Below are positions 44,384-54,611 of a DNA stretch of 64,000 nucleotides, in pieces (the first letter of the stretch is position 1; each line of letters opens with the position of its first letter). This DNA comes from Alphaproteobacteria bacterium (GTDB lineage Bacteria; Pseudomonadota; Alphaproteobacteria; UBA2966): contig OZ219856.1 of the NCBI GenBank assembly GCA_964291395.2, positions 2,496,001 through 2,560,000 of the forward strand, in the 5' to 3' direction. A model generated the notes under the pieces. The model searched no databases. It saw only the letters and a program-made list of their open reading frames with translations, and was not told the origin of the DNA. A program made the translations under genes and the position numbers.

Positions 44384-45286
44384 CTACAGGTCACGCACAT
44401 GCTTCGCCATGCGCCGGCGCATGGCCGCGTCCGGCACGGGGCCGAAAGCGGCGGATTTGTTCTCGCGCAGATGGTCCACCCGCCGGGTCGCGGGGATGGC
44501 GGCCGTGACCGCAGGGTGCGAGAGGATAAATTTCAGAAGGAACTGCGGCCAAGTGGACACTTCGATCTCCCGCGCCCAACCTGGCAGCGGGCGGCCCGCA
44601 AGCCGGTCCGGCAAACGACCGCGCCGGAACGGCCGGTTGCAGATGACCGCGATCCCGCGCTCCAGGGCGAGCGGCAGCAGGCGCCGTTCCGCCTCCCGGT
44701 CCACGATGTTGTAGGTGAGCTGGACGAAATCTGGCGGCCGGCGGCGCATGACCTCCTCCAGTTCGCCGTGCCGGCGTCCATGCGAGGTGGTGACGCCGGT
44801 ATAGCGCAGCCGGCCAGCCTCCTTCATGGCAGCGAGGGTGTCGAGATTCTTCTCCCAGTCCAACAGATTGTGGACCTGCAGCAGATCGAAGCGCGGCACG
44901 CCCCAGCGCCGGGCCGTTTCCGTGATCTGCGCGGGGCCGGCGGCGGCCCGGGTCCAGACCTTGTCGGCGGAGAACAGGCCCGGCGGACGGCCCAGCCGCT
45001 CCAACGCGTCGCCGATCACCTCCTGCGAGGAGCCGTACATGGGCGAGGAATCGACAATGCCCCCACCCGCCTCGAAGAAGGCGGCCATGACGGCCCGGCA
45101 TTCGGCGCGCAGCAGCGGATCGTCGCCCACGTTGAAGGTGATCCAGCTTCCGATCCCCACCGCCGGGACTGGCTCTCCGGTCGCCGGAATGCGCTTCAAG
45201 AGCTTCACTCCGGCCGAGGTTCCGAGCGCCGACGCCGCAAGCGTCGCGCCCGCCCCAGCCAACACCGCCCGGCGTGTCACGCGCAT
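44384..45286 (-). CDS. Aldo/keto reductase with twin-arginine signal
   Basis: TRRAVL plus hydrophobic segment, DSSPMYGSSQ, DKVW, LLQVHN, AIPAT. Confidence 0.88.
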   Translation of the reverse strand: MRVTRRAVLAGAGATLAASALGTSAGVKLLKRIPATGEPVPAVGIGSWITFNVGDDPLLRAECRAVMAAFFEAGGGIVDSSPMYGSSQEVIGDALERLGRPPGLFSADKVWTRAAAGPAQITETARRWGVPRFDLLQVHNLLDWEKNLDTLAAMKEAGRLRYTGVTTSHGRRHGELEEVMRRRPPDFVQLTYNIVDREAERRLLPLALERGIAVICNRPFRRGRLPDRLAGRPLPGWAREIEVSTWPQFLLKFILSHPAVTAAIPATRRVDHLRENKSAAFGPVPDAAMRRRMAKHVRDL

Positions 45287-45393
45287 GAGGAACCTCCCCT
45301 TTCTGCCTTCCGCAAGAGTAGACCGTCGTTCCGTCCGGGCGAATCGCTCGGGGTGTCCGGCTTTGAGTGATTTGAAGTATTTCCTGTGAATGC

Positions 45394-46179
45394 CTAGTCC
45401 TCGAACGGCAGGACAATGTTTTGGATCATCCGGCCGCCGTCGACGAACATCGTGTGACCGGTGAGGTAGGCGGAGTCCTCACTCGCCAGAAAGAGCACCG
45501 CGTCGGCGATATCGCGCGGTTCGGCAAGCCTTCCTATCGGTGTGCGCGCAAGCACACGCGTCATCGCTGCCGGGTTGGTGTCGTAGTTCAACAGACCGGC
45601 CGACATATCGGTTACGACCGTGCCCGGTCCTACCGCGTTTACGCGGATTCCCTTGTCCGCCAGCGCCAACCCGACGCTGCGCGTGAGTTGAAAGACGCCC
45701 GCCTTCGACACGCAATAGCCGATCTGCTCCGGCATGCCGAGGAAAGCCGTCACCGAACAGATGTTGACGATGGCACCCTTCGTCCCGGCTTTCACCATCT
45801 CTCGCGCGGCTGCCTGAGAAACGATGAACACGCCCCGAAGATTGACGTCGATGACCGCGTCGAAGTCTTCGATGTCCGTTTCAAGAAAATCTCCAATTCG
45901 CGTGATCCCCGCGTTGTTGACGACGATGTCCAAGCCGCCCAACCTTGAGACGGTATCCGCAGCAAGCTTCGCCGCTGACGCCGGATCGCTCACGTCGCAC
46001 TGCGCGAACGCCGCCTCGTGCCCGTCGCCGGTCAACGAGGCAACCGCCTCGTCCCCCAGGTCGGAATTGATCTCACCGATCATGATCGCAGCACCCTCCT
46101 CCGCGAGGCGCTTGGCCGTCGCCATGCCGATACCGCGACCGCCTCCGGTGACGATTGCAACCTTTCCCTCAAGTCTCAT
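45394..46179 (-). CDS. SDR oxidoreductase
   Basis: TGGGRGIG, NNAG, YCVSK, RVNAVGPG, VDGG. Confidence 0.9.
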   Translation of the reverse strand: MRLEGKVAIVTGGGRGIGMATAKRLAEEGAAIMIGEINSDLGDEAVASLTGDGHEAAFAQCDVSDPASAAKLAADTVSRLGGLDIVVNNAGITRIGDFLETDIEDFDAVIDVNLRGVFIVSQAAAREMVKAGTKGAIVNICSVTAFLGMPEQIGYCVSKAGVFQLTRSVGLALADKGIRVNAVGPGTVVTDMSAGLLNYDTNPAAMTRVLARTPIGRLAEPRDIADAVLFLASEDSAYLTGHTMFVDGGRMIQNIVLPFED

Positions 46180-46272
46180 CTCCAATCCTCTCCAACGAAT
46201 TCGTCTGAAAACGCAGCTTCGAAGGAACCTGCGCGGCTGGCAGATCGCCTGCCGGCATCACGTCATTTAATG

Positions 46273-46362
46273 TCATCCTGCCACCGCTGTCTCGATAATG
46301 CCGGTGCCGATGGCGTTGACGCGAATTCCATGTTCGGCGAGGGCCAGCGCCATGGCCTTGGC
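46273..46362 (-). pseudogene. SDR fragment
   Basis: KAMALALAEHGIRVNAIGTGIIET followed by a stop. Confidence 0.6.
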
Positions 46363-46414
46363 CTAGCCATGGGTGCCATGCTTAGTTGTGTCCGACGAAT
46401 GCCGGGATGCCATC

Positions 46415-47086
46415 ATGACCAACCAGATCAACGCCGACTTCTCGCAGTCCATCGTCGTTCGGACGAATGACATGGAATGGCAGAAAAGTCCCGCACCGGG
46501 AATCTGGCGCAAACGCTTGGAACTGGTCGGAGAGATCGAGGCGGGCCGGGTCACGTCTCTCGTGCGATTCGATCCTGGCGCCAAATTCCCGGATCACTTC
46601 CACCCGGACGGAGAAGAGATTCTCGTCCTCGACGGTGTGTTCTCCGACGAGAGCGGTGACTACCCCGCCGGCAGCTACCTTCTCAACCCGGAAGGCACGA
46701 ACCACGCTCCCTGGTCCGAGCGAGGCTGCACGCTGTTCGTGAAATTACAGCAGTATCCGGGAACGGGTCGACCACAGGTCGTCATCGATACCACGTCCGT
46801 GGAATGGCGTCCGGGTCGTGTGGACGGCATGGAATTCCTACCGCTCTACAACGATCCGGAGCCCGGCGAGGGGTTCACCCGCCTGACCCGAATACCGCCG
46901 GGATGCGAATTGGGGCGGGATCCTCATCCGGGCGGCGAAGAGGTGTTCGTCGTCGACGGCTGCGTTGAGGATGAATACGGCCGGCATGAAGCAGGTACCT
47001 GGTTCCGCCATCCGGCCGGAAGCGTGCATCACCCGTACTCGCCGGAGGGATGCCTGCTTTATGTAAAGCGGGAACATCTCGGCTGA
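46415..47086 (+). CDS. ChrR-like tandem cupin protein
   Basis: INADFS, HFHPDGEEILVLDG, HPGGEEVFV, YVKREHL. Confidence 0.88.
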   Translation: MTNQINADFSQSIVVRTNDMEWQKSPAPGIWRKRLELVGEIEAGRVTSLVRFDPGAKFPDHFHPDGEEILVLDGVFSDESGDYPAGSYLLNPEGTNHAPWSERGCTLFVKLQQYPGTGRPQVVIDTTSVEWRPGRVDGMEFLPLYNDPEPGEGFTRLTRIPPGCELGRDPHPGGEEVFVVDGCVEDEYGRHEAGTWFRHPAGSVHHPYSPEGCLLYVKREHLG

Positions 47087-47217
47087 GGACACCCGGCCGG
47101 GCACCACGACGGATGGCATTGGGAAAGAACGACCACGGGCGCGCGACTCGGGGGCAAGACGGCGTTCGTTTCCTCAGGCGCCGTCCGTGTCCGCCGCCAC
47201 GTCAGATAGAAAACGGT

Positions 47218-47377
47218 CCAGACTGTGTGAAAACATTAGTGAGACAAAATTTTGAAGAAAACAATTCCTAATTATCTTTCTATACAGAATATAAAGTCAC
47301 AAGCTTTGTAAGTTTCGAAGCTCCCGAGAAAATATTTCTGCGTATCGGGGCGGAGCTTGGCTTTTCACACAGTCTGG
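47218..47377. mobile_element. MITE / internally deleted IS1182-like element
   Basis: Perfect 16-bp terminal IRs CCAGACTGTGTGAAAA and TTTTCACACAGTCTGG around an AT-rich interior with no transposase. Confidence 0.72.
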
Positions 47378-47513
47378 GTCATTTTTCGAGCGGATTGCCG
47401 CTGTGGAGACACTACAGGACGCCGGGCGCCCGAGGGCGCGAGTGATCGGAAAATGCTCTAGTGTACATGCCGCAAGAATCCGAATCTTTTTTCCAAGAAT
47501 ACGGTCCGCCGGC

Positions 47514-48512
47514 ATGACTGAAACGATCATGGAACCGACCCAAGATGGTTTAATCCGCGGCTCCTTCCGCTACATGAAAACTTCGGTGGAGTCGTCGCTC
47601 TACCGGAACGGCAAAGTGCTGACCCGGCGCGACCGCGACGGCAGCGACCGCGACCGCGTCGGCGTCGATCTGGAATACCGCGAGATGGCGGTCATCGACG
47701 CCCGCACGCTCTCGCCGTCCCAGCAGCCGACGCTGGACGCCAACGGTTTCGAGCTGATCGAACGGCCGACGGCCGATCCCGACCTGGATTTTCTCGATCA
47801 CGAAGCGGTGGTGCGAGCCTACTATCCAGAATGCGCTGACATTGTGCGCGCGTCGACTGGCGCCGTCGCCGTCGCGGCCTTCGATCACAACGTCCGCTCC
47901 GCCACCGGCAAGTCCGGCAATCGACGCATCTCGGGCGGCCAACAGGTGCAGGGACCGGCCCATCTGGTGCATAGCGATTACACCCTGACCAGCGCGCCCC
48001 AGCGGCTGCGCGACCTGGCGCGCCCACCGACACTGAACGACACCTACCGCACGGCGCTCGCCGAAGGCGAGACGCTGCTGGACGCCGAGGCGGTCGAGCA
48101 GGCGATCGGGGACCGGCGCTTCGCGATCGTCAATGTCTGGCGCAATATCGCCCGCGAACCGGTGGCGACCCGGCCTCTCGCCCTGTGCGACGCGGCGAGC
48201 GTGCATCCGGAGGAGCTCGTTGTCTTCGAAATCCACTACAAGGACCGGATCGGCGAAAACTATTTCGCCAAGCACGATCCGCGTCACCGCTGGATTTATT
48301 GGTCTGCCATGACCTGCGACGAGGCGCTGCTCATCAAACAGTGGGATTCGGCGGGGGAAATGGCCCACTCCAAGGGCGCCAGAGCCGATGCCGTCAGCGA
48401 AGGCCGGCCCTGCACCTTCAGCTTCCACAGCGCCTTCGAGGACCCCGCGACGCCGCCCGACGCCCCGGATCGGTGGAGCATCGAAGTCCGCTGCGCCGCG
48501 CTCTACGGGTGA
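47514..48512 (+). CDS. CmcJ/NvfI (AsaB-like) oxidoreductase
   Basis: YYPEC, FDHNVR, VHSDYT, NVWR, PLALCDA, HSAF...RWSIEVR. Confidence 0.85.
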   Translation: MTETIMEPTQDGLIRGSFRYMKTSVESSLYRNGKVLTRRDRDGSDRDRVGVDLEYREMAVIDARTLSPSQQPTLDANGFELIERPTADPDLDFLDHEAVVRAYYPECADIVRASTGAVAVAAFDHNVRSATGKSGNRRISGGQQVQGPAHLVHSDYTLTSAPQRLRDLARPPTLNDTYRTALAEGETLLDAEAVEQAIGDRRFAIVNVWRNIAREPVATRPLALCDAASVHPEELVVFEIHYKDRIGENYFAKHDPRHRWIYWSAMTCDEALLIKQWDSAGEMAHSKGARADAVSEGRPCTFSFHSAFEDPATPPDAPDRWSIEVRCAALYG

Positions 48513-48600
48513 AGCGACCGCGCGGCGTTTCGTACGTGGCAACCAGACGGAAGCTAAACTGCCTTTCCGCGCGACGACCGCGTCTGTATACCGTGCGGGC

Positions 48601-49401
48601 ATGCAACCAATCCTCCAGTCCTCCCTCGGACGGGTTTTGGCATGGCGGCACGCAATCCTGGCGTTTCCGGTCTGTCTGCTTATGGCGGTCGCCGCTCCCG
48701 CGAACGCCGGGAGCGAGGACGCCGCCTTCGACTGGACGGGGACCTATGCAGGCATCTTCGCCGGCTCCGGGCGGGCGGACAACCGGATCGTCGATGTCGA
48801 GGGCTTCGCGAATTGGGGCAATCCTGGATGGACGGTGGATTACGGCGAGTCCGAATTCGTCGGCGGAGCACTGATCGGCAGGAAGCTCGATATCGGCGGC
48901 CTGCCTCTCAGGATCGAATTCGACGGCACGTTCGGCCGCTTGCCGGCATCCTCGAACAAGCTCGATCCGGAAGGCCTGGACGAGACGGTCGATTCGAAGT
49001 TTCGATGGATCGCTACCGCTCGCGGCGGCATGGATCACAGCATCGGCCCCGCTACGGTGTTCGCCGTCGGCGGACTGGCGGTCGCCCGGATCGACAACTC
49101 CGTGACAGACGTCGATTTCGGCCCCGGCATGCCGACGCGGGTGGACCCCGACGACTCGTTCCGCGACAGTTCCACGGAGGTCGGCTGGACGGTCGGATTG
49201 GGGATCGAAGCTCCGCTGACAGACACCTGGACCCTGCGGCTGGAGGGATCGTATCTGGAATTCGGGGGGCGCACCCACTACGTGAACCGCTTGGGCGATG
49301 CCCGTTGCGGGCCCGACAAGCCTCGCCGGCCCTGTCCCTACGAAGTCGAGAATGAACTCGGCATCATGCGTCTGGCGGTCATTCGCCGTTTCGGCCCATA
49401 G
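48601..49401 (+). CDS. Outer-membrane beta-barrel protein (Omp25/RopB-like)
   Basis: Signal peptide, FDWTGTYAG, GWTVGLGIE, LRLEGSY, C-terminal RRF. Confidence 0.78.
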   Translation: MQPILQSSLGRVLAWRHAILAFPVCLLMAVAAPANAGSEDAAFDWTGTYAGIFAGSGRADNRIVDVEGFANWGNPGWTVDYGESEFVGGALIGRKLDIGGLPLRIEFDGTFGRLPASSNKLDPEGLDETVDSKFRWIATARGGMDHSIGPATVFAVGGLAVARIDNSVTDVDFGPGMPTRVDPDDSFRDSSTEVGWTVGLGIEAPLTDTWTLRLEGSYLEFGGRTHYVNRLGDARCGPDKPRRPCPYEVENELGIMRLAVIRRFGP

Positions 49402-49495
49402 CGCACGTTGTTCGGCGCGCAAGTTTGACTCCGCTCGCTTGCGCAATATGAACTACTCGGTACGACTACCGGCACCGGAGGCCGGCTGATCCCAT

Positions 49496-50893
49496 CTACA
49501 ACCTCATCAGCCCACCGAGCTCGCGCACGTCGCCCAGGTCTTCCAAGTGACGCACGGCGTGCATGATTGCTTCGGCGCGGTCATTGCTCACGGGACGTGC
49601 CGCGAAGGCGCAACAGCGGCGGAACTTTTCCGTAATCTCGTCCGCCGTCATCGGCCGAGAGGGGTGACCTTTCAACACGTCGATCTGCCGCTCCAGAGTT
49701 CGGCCGTCCTTCATCCTGAGCCGAAGGCCTTGGGGGGCGAGCGGCACCGGATCGTCGACGCCGGGGATCGGACTGATTTGTATCCGCCGAGCCAACGCAT
49801 CCACCTCGGGGTCGGCGACCCGTTCCCCGGTAAAATCCTCCAATAGGAGCTCCCGGCGCAACAGGCACACGGCCACGCAATAGGCCGCGCTGGCTATCGC
49901 CTCTACCACCGGATGTCCGTCGGCTTGCGCCCACGGCTTTCCCGACAGGCTGAAGGCGTTGGGCACGAGGAAGGCTTCGACGCTCGCGACCTCGTCGACG
50001 TGGATATCGTGCTCCTCGGCTAGTGTCAGAGCCGCCTCCACCGCGCCGTGGGTGTCGCGGGCGCTTGGCCAGGGCTTGATGGCGAGGTCCAAAAGTTCGA
50101 ACCGTACGCCGAGTTCCGTCGTGAGGTTCGCCGGCTCGTAGTCGCCCCCCTCATAGAGGTTGTAGTAGCCGAGCCGGCCTTCGAGCCAGTTGTGCGCTCC
50201 CGTGAGGCCGTGGCGCGCCAGCGTCGCCGAGATGACGCCGTTCCTCGCGGCGAAGCCCGCGTGGAAGCGCTTGATGGTCGCCCCTTCGATGAGCGGTTGC
50301 ATGTTGGACGCACACTGGCTGTAGGCGATGCCGCAGGCATCCAGCACCCCCTCGAACGGCAGTTCCACGAGGCGCGCGGCTGCGGACGCGGCAGCCATGC
50401 CGGCGCAGGTGCCCGTCGGCAGAAACTCCTGCCCCCGCCGCCGGGCGTGGCCCATGCGGCAGAGCAATTCCGCACCAACGGCCACGGCGGTGATGAGATC
50501 CCGTCCCGAGTGACCGCCCCCGACCTCGGCCACGGCGAGCACTGCCGGCAGGACCGACGGCTGCGTGTGCAGCATCCCGTCGTCGAGGGTATCATCGAAG
50601 TCGCGCGCCGTTGCCATCGCACCGTTAATCATCGCCGCCCATGGGGCCGGCAGTTTTGTGCCGTGCGCGAAGAGCGTGCTCTGCGGCGTATCGCCCCACT
50701 CTTTGACGGCCGCGACCGCCTGATCGATACCCGGTGCCGTCGATCCGGCCAGCGCCACGCCGAACGAATCAAGGATCAGGTCTTTGATTTTCTCCACCAC
50801 TTCGGTCGGGAGATCGCCGAACCGCACTCCCGCCGCGTAGCGGGCGAGGACGATACCGGCATCTTCTCGGGATGTGGGGCCGGGCATGGCCAT
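49496..50893 (-). CDS. MmgE/PrpD family protein
   Basis: LDSFGVALAG, DFDDT...H, ARNGVISA, IKPWP, GHPSRPM. Confidence 0.88.
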   Translation of the reverse strand: MAMPGPTSREDAGIVLARYAAGVRFGDLPTEVVEKIKDLILDSFGVALAGSTAPGIDQAVAAVKEWGDTPQSTLFAHGTKLPAPWAAMINGAMATARDFDDTLDDGMLHTQPSVLPAVLAVAEVGGGHSGRDLITAVAVGAELLCRMGHARRRGQEFLPTGTCAGMAAASAAARLVELPFEGVLDACGIAYSQCASNMQPLIEGATIKRFHAGFAARNGVISATLARHGLTGAHNWLEGRLGYYNLYEGGDYEPANLTTELGVRFELLDLAIKPWPSARDTHGAVEAALTLAEEHDIHVDEVASVEAFLVPNAFSLSGKPWAQADGHPVVEAIASAAYCVAVCLLRRELLLEDFTGERVADPEVDALARRIQISPIPGVDDPVPLAPQGLRLRMKDGRTLERQIDVLKGHPSRPMTADEITEKFRRCCAFAARPVSNDRAEAIMHAVRHLEDLGDVRELGGLMRL

Positions 50894-51295
50894 GACGGAC
50901 TCTCCTCCTGGACGTATCGATGGCGTCGCCATCATGAGGTATCACGGGGGAGCACGGTCAAGGTCATCGACCCAAAGTTTGGACAGGCTTCCCGAAAACG
51001 ATTTCCCGATTGTTTCCGAGTGCGGTCCGGCGAGATACGGGCGACAGGGTCTCGGGTCGGTACGCGGTGCTGCCGTCTGCCCGAAACTCGACGGCTTCGG
51101 TCTGCGTCATCACGCATCTTCACGCCAAGTCACGCCATCTGGCGCCTCTGGCTCCAATGATTCTGTCGCCCTACACTGGTCGGCCAGAAGAGGACGGTGG
51201 CCATCGCCGTGCGCAACGTCTCCGGACGACGGCGATGATATTCCGGTCAGGAGCGCGCGCTATGCGGTATTCCGCCAGCCGGCCATGCCGTCCCT

Positions 51296-51577
51296 CTACG
51301 GATTGCCAGGCTCGACCACGATCCGCCCACGCCCGCGTCTGACGAGATAGCCGCCCCTCGGGATCGTCAAACGGCGCTGCTCGACGAGGGGCCACAGGGT
51401 GTCCACGATCAGCGCCGCGTTCTTGTCCGTCTTCTCCGCGACGCGCTGCGATGACAACCATTCCGCGAATGCCTTCTCTCCGATCTCGTTGCCGACGGAC
51501 TTGCGGAGGGCGTTGAGCTTGCGGAGCTGTCCCTTCGTCAGGGTGCTCTCGTCGATTGTGTTGGAAGGCAAGGTCAT
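51296..51577 (-). CDS. Small conserved hypothetical protein
   Basis: SD GAGGA; TLTKGQLRKLNALRKSVG...GGYLVRRGRGRIVV; host-like codon usage. Confidence 0.6.
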   Translation of the reverse strand: MTLPSNTIDESTLTKGQLRKLNALRKSVGNEIGEKAFAEWLSSQRVAEKTDKNAALIVDTLWPLVEQRRLTIPRGGYLVRRGRGRIVVEPGNP

Positions 51578-51697
51578 GGAATCCTCTCTACGATGAGAAA
51601 TATCGGAAACACAGATGTGATGGTGTTTTCGCCAATAACGTTTAGAACGCTTATGTCGGAACATCAAGCAAGATAGTCTTCGTTGAAAGCAACACTG

Positions 51698-52060
51698 TCA
51701 TTCGTTAGGTCTGTTCTGGAATTGGTCCCAGCGCCACAAGAGAGCGATAAATGTATGGTAATCCGCGTGTGCGGCTATCGTTTTCTTCGTTATGTCGAAG
51801 GTCTCCTTCAAACAACCCTCTTTCAGTATAATGATCGCCGTTTCCGGTTCAACTCCAAACCCATCCGCATCGAATATACGATGATGATTCGTACATGAAA
51901 CCAATCCGTTCTCTGCATCATCGGAACCGTTCTCATCTTTTGGAATGACGTGAGCAGCATCTGGCGAAATCTCATTTCCCCAGCCCCAAACCGTACAGAC
52001 ATCACCATAGTGCTGGGGCACCCTGGTCCTGAATTGGGGTTGTTGTTCTCGCGTCTTCAC
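51698..52060 (-). pseudogene. HNH endonuclease C-terminal remnant (low GC)
   Basis: QPQFR...YG..C, AAHVIP, GSDDAENGL..CTNHHRIFD; first CxxC reads CTVW; N-terminus missing. Confidence 0.7.
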
Positions 52061-52221
52061 TAATAAAAGATGAATTCGTAAGCCCGTGGTAAAATTTTGC
52101 GTCCCTCCAAGTAACAGTCAAACCAACCGGTCTCCGGCAATCCCGGGGCGGCTCGATCTTCGGATCGCTTCGTTTGCGCCATAGAGTGCGACCTCACCAT
52201 GCAAGACAACGGAGTCCAGAG

Positions 52222-53184
52222 ATGAGCCTTTCACTCAACATCGTCGCGCCGGATACGCCCGTCGATGACATTGCGGAACTGGTAACGCATGGCGGGTATG
52301 CGATCGTCGAAAATCTTGCAGTTTCTCAAGCAGCAGAAATTCGGGAAGAACTTGTGCCCCACCTGGATGCAACGCCCTACGGCGAAAATGAGTGGCTGGG
52401 GACCCATACCAAACGCTGCGGCGGTATCCTCAGAAAGTCGAAAGGAGCGCGAAGTCTAGCAATTCATCCCACGGTTCTGGCGTTGGCGGACCATGTCCTG
52501 CTTCCGAACTGTGCGCGATACCAAATCAACGTCGCCGGCGTCATACAGATCGAACCGGGTGAAGCCGGGCAGCCGTTGCACCGGGACACCGCGCTCTATC
52601 CCTTCAAGCACCCTTGCCCATCAATCCTGATGGCAACCATGTGGGCGATCAGCGATTTTACGGAAGCCAACGGAGGGACCCGTCTAGCCCCGGGAAGCCA
52701 CAGGTGGGAACACGACCGAGAACCGTTCGAGGACGAAGTCATCAGTGTCGAAATGCCGGCTGGTTCATTGATGATCTACTTGGGTGGCGTTTGGCACGGC
52801 GGCGGGGGAAATCGCGCGAACGCCATCCGGACGGGTCTGGCGATGCAGTACTCGGCGGGCTGGCTCCGTCAGGAAGAAAACCAATACCTCGCCAACCCAC
52901 CTGAAGTGGCGCGCGAATATCCGGAGGAGCTGCAGCGCCTTATCGGTTACGACTTTGGCGGACCCTTCCTCGGTTTCGTGGACGGCGACGACCCACACCG
53001 AATCCTCGAATTCGGCCATGACGTCCCGACGCGCCGTTCCGTCCATAGATCGCGACCAGAAATCGACGAGGCGGCCCAACGTATGTCGTTTCTTTCGCTC
53101 GGAAACGTGGAAGCTGTTCCCACGCCGCAGCGGGAAGGCCCGCGCGTAAAAACGCAGCTCGGAGGGTTCGAAGAGGCTCAATGA
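52222..53184 (+). CDS. Phytanoyl-CoA dioxygenase (PhyH) family Fe(II)/2OG enzyme
   Basis: QPLHRD, NGGTRLAPGSH, WHGGGGN, WLRQEENQY. Confidence 0.9.
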   Translation: MSLSLNIVAPDTPVDDIAELVTHGGYAIVENLAVSQAAEIREELVPHLDATPYGENEWLGTHTKRCGGILRKSKGARSLAIHPTVLALADHVLLPNCARYQINVAGVIQIEPGEAGQPLHRDTALYPFKHPCPSILMATMWAISDFTEANGGTRLAPGSHRWEHDREPFEDEVISVEMPAGSLMIYLGGVWHGGGGNRANAIRTGLAMQYSAGWLRQEENQYLANPPEVAREYPEELQRLIGYDFGGPFLGFVDGDDPHRILEFGHDVPTRRSVHRSRPEIDEAAQRMSFLSLGNVEAVPTPQREGPRVKTQLGGFEEAQ

Positions 53185-53480
53185 CCGTCCGACATCAGCG
53201 CTTTCTGCAGAAAAGAGGAGTTTTCCATAGCGGGAATTTGCGGCTCATCGTAGCGACCGAAGGGAACGAAGGTTCGGATTTGCTCCACGATTGGCGTTCG
53301 GACCGTCGGAGCAATGCGCAAGCTGAAATCGATCCTGGCTTCACTCATGTTTGGATTGTGGGGGAAGCTCTTCTAGATCCAAGCCTCGTTGAATAATTCC
53401 GTACCGATGCGCCCGGCTGTATGATATTTCGGTCTGCATAAGCGAGACGGCTTGCCCTGCTTGAATAATCCTGTCCTGGA

Positions 53481-54308
53481 ATGAAGGCTATTCCGACATC
53501 CGGCGCGTTGGGCGCCGAAATCCAAGGCGTGGATCTCGCGTCAGATCTGAGCGACGAAACCGTTCTCGAGATTCGCAAGGCGCTGCTGGAGCATGGGGTA
53601 GTGTTTTTTCGCGATCAGCATCTTGATGCCGAGGTCCACAAACGTTTGGCTCGCCGTTTCGGCGAGATTTTCATCCATCCTTTTTTCGTCGCTGGTGATG
53701 ACCCCGAGATCATGGTCATCCACCGTAAGCCGGATGACACCAGTATTGTCGGCTTCGAGTGGCATAGCGATACGACGATGGCGGCCGAGCCGCCCATGGG
53801 CTCCATCCTTTATGCCATCAAGGCACCACCCGTTGGCGGCGACACCTTGTTCGCCAACCAATACGTCGCATATGAGCGCCTGTCGGACGGCATGAAGGAC
53901 ATGCTCGATGGTCTGCGGGCGGTGCACAGCGACAGGCGCGTCGCCGGACCCAACAGTGGGCGCAATTCCGGGCGCACGACCAAGGCGCGTGATGATTCAG
54001 ATTGGTGCGAAACCATGACTCTACATCCTGTCGTCCGCACCCATCCGGAAACCGGCCGAAAGTGCCTGTACGTCAATCATTCCTATACAGTCGGCTTCGA
54101 AAGCATGACCGAAGGCGAGAGCAAGCCACTCCTGGATTGGCTGATGGAATGGGGCCATCGCCCGGAGTTCACGTGCCGCTTCCGATGGCATGACGGGTCG
54201 GTTGCTTTCTGGGATAACCGCTGCACAAAGCATCTCGCCGTGAACGATGTCGTCGGACATGAGCGGATCATGCGCCGCGTCCAAATCGCCGGGGACAAAC
54301 CCGTCTGA
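53481..54308 (+). CDS. TauD/TfdA family dioxygenase
   Basis: LGAEIQGVDL, WHSD, GGDTLFAN, HPVVRTHPETG, WDNRCTKH. Confidence 0.93.
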   Translation: MKAIPTSGALGAEIQGVDLASDLSDETVLEIRKALLEHGVVFFRDQHLDAEVHKRLARRFGEIFIHPFFVAGDDPEIMVIHRKPDDTSIVGFEWHSDTTMAAEPPMGSILYAIKAPPVGGDTLFANQYVAYERLSDGMKDMLDGLRAVHSDRRVAGPNSGRNSGRTTKARDDSDWCETMTLHPVVRTHPETGRKCLYVNHSYTVGFESMTEGESKPLLDWLMEWGHRPEFTCRFRWHDGSVAFWDNRCTKHLAVNDVVGHERIMRRVQIAGDKPV

Positions 54309-54611
54309 TTCGGACTTTTGGGATCGGCGACCGGCCTGAGCGGGTTGCAACCGCCGGGCATGCGCTTCCGCGGCCAGAGCTTGCGCGCCTTGCGAAGCGC
54401 CTGCTCGACATCGAACGGGAACCCGTGCCTCCGGATCTCCGCATGGACCATCGCGAAGTCTTCGAAGGGCTTCACTGAAGCGACCCCGACCATGAAGCCG
54501 GTCAGCCCGATAGGGGGCAAAGCAGGGTTCGTGGAAGGCCGCGTGCCGCCTGGCGTACGTTTGACTTGAGCAGACCGCCGCCCTGCTTCATCGACGGACC
54601 TCTCGGTGGCA

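Noticed and set aside
54318-54569. Protein-like intergenic stretches (also 22960-23100, 25175-25405, 37080-37307, 42260-42490)
   Set aside because: Possibly further gene remnants, but I could not assign a family with confidence.
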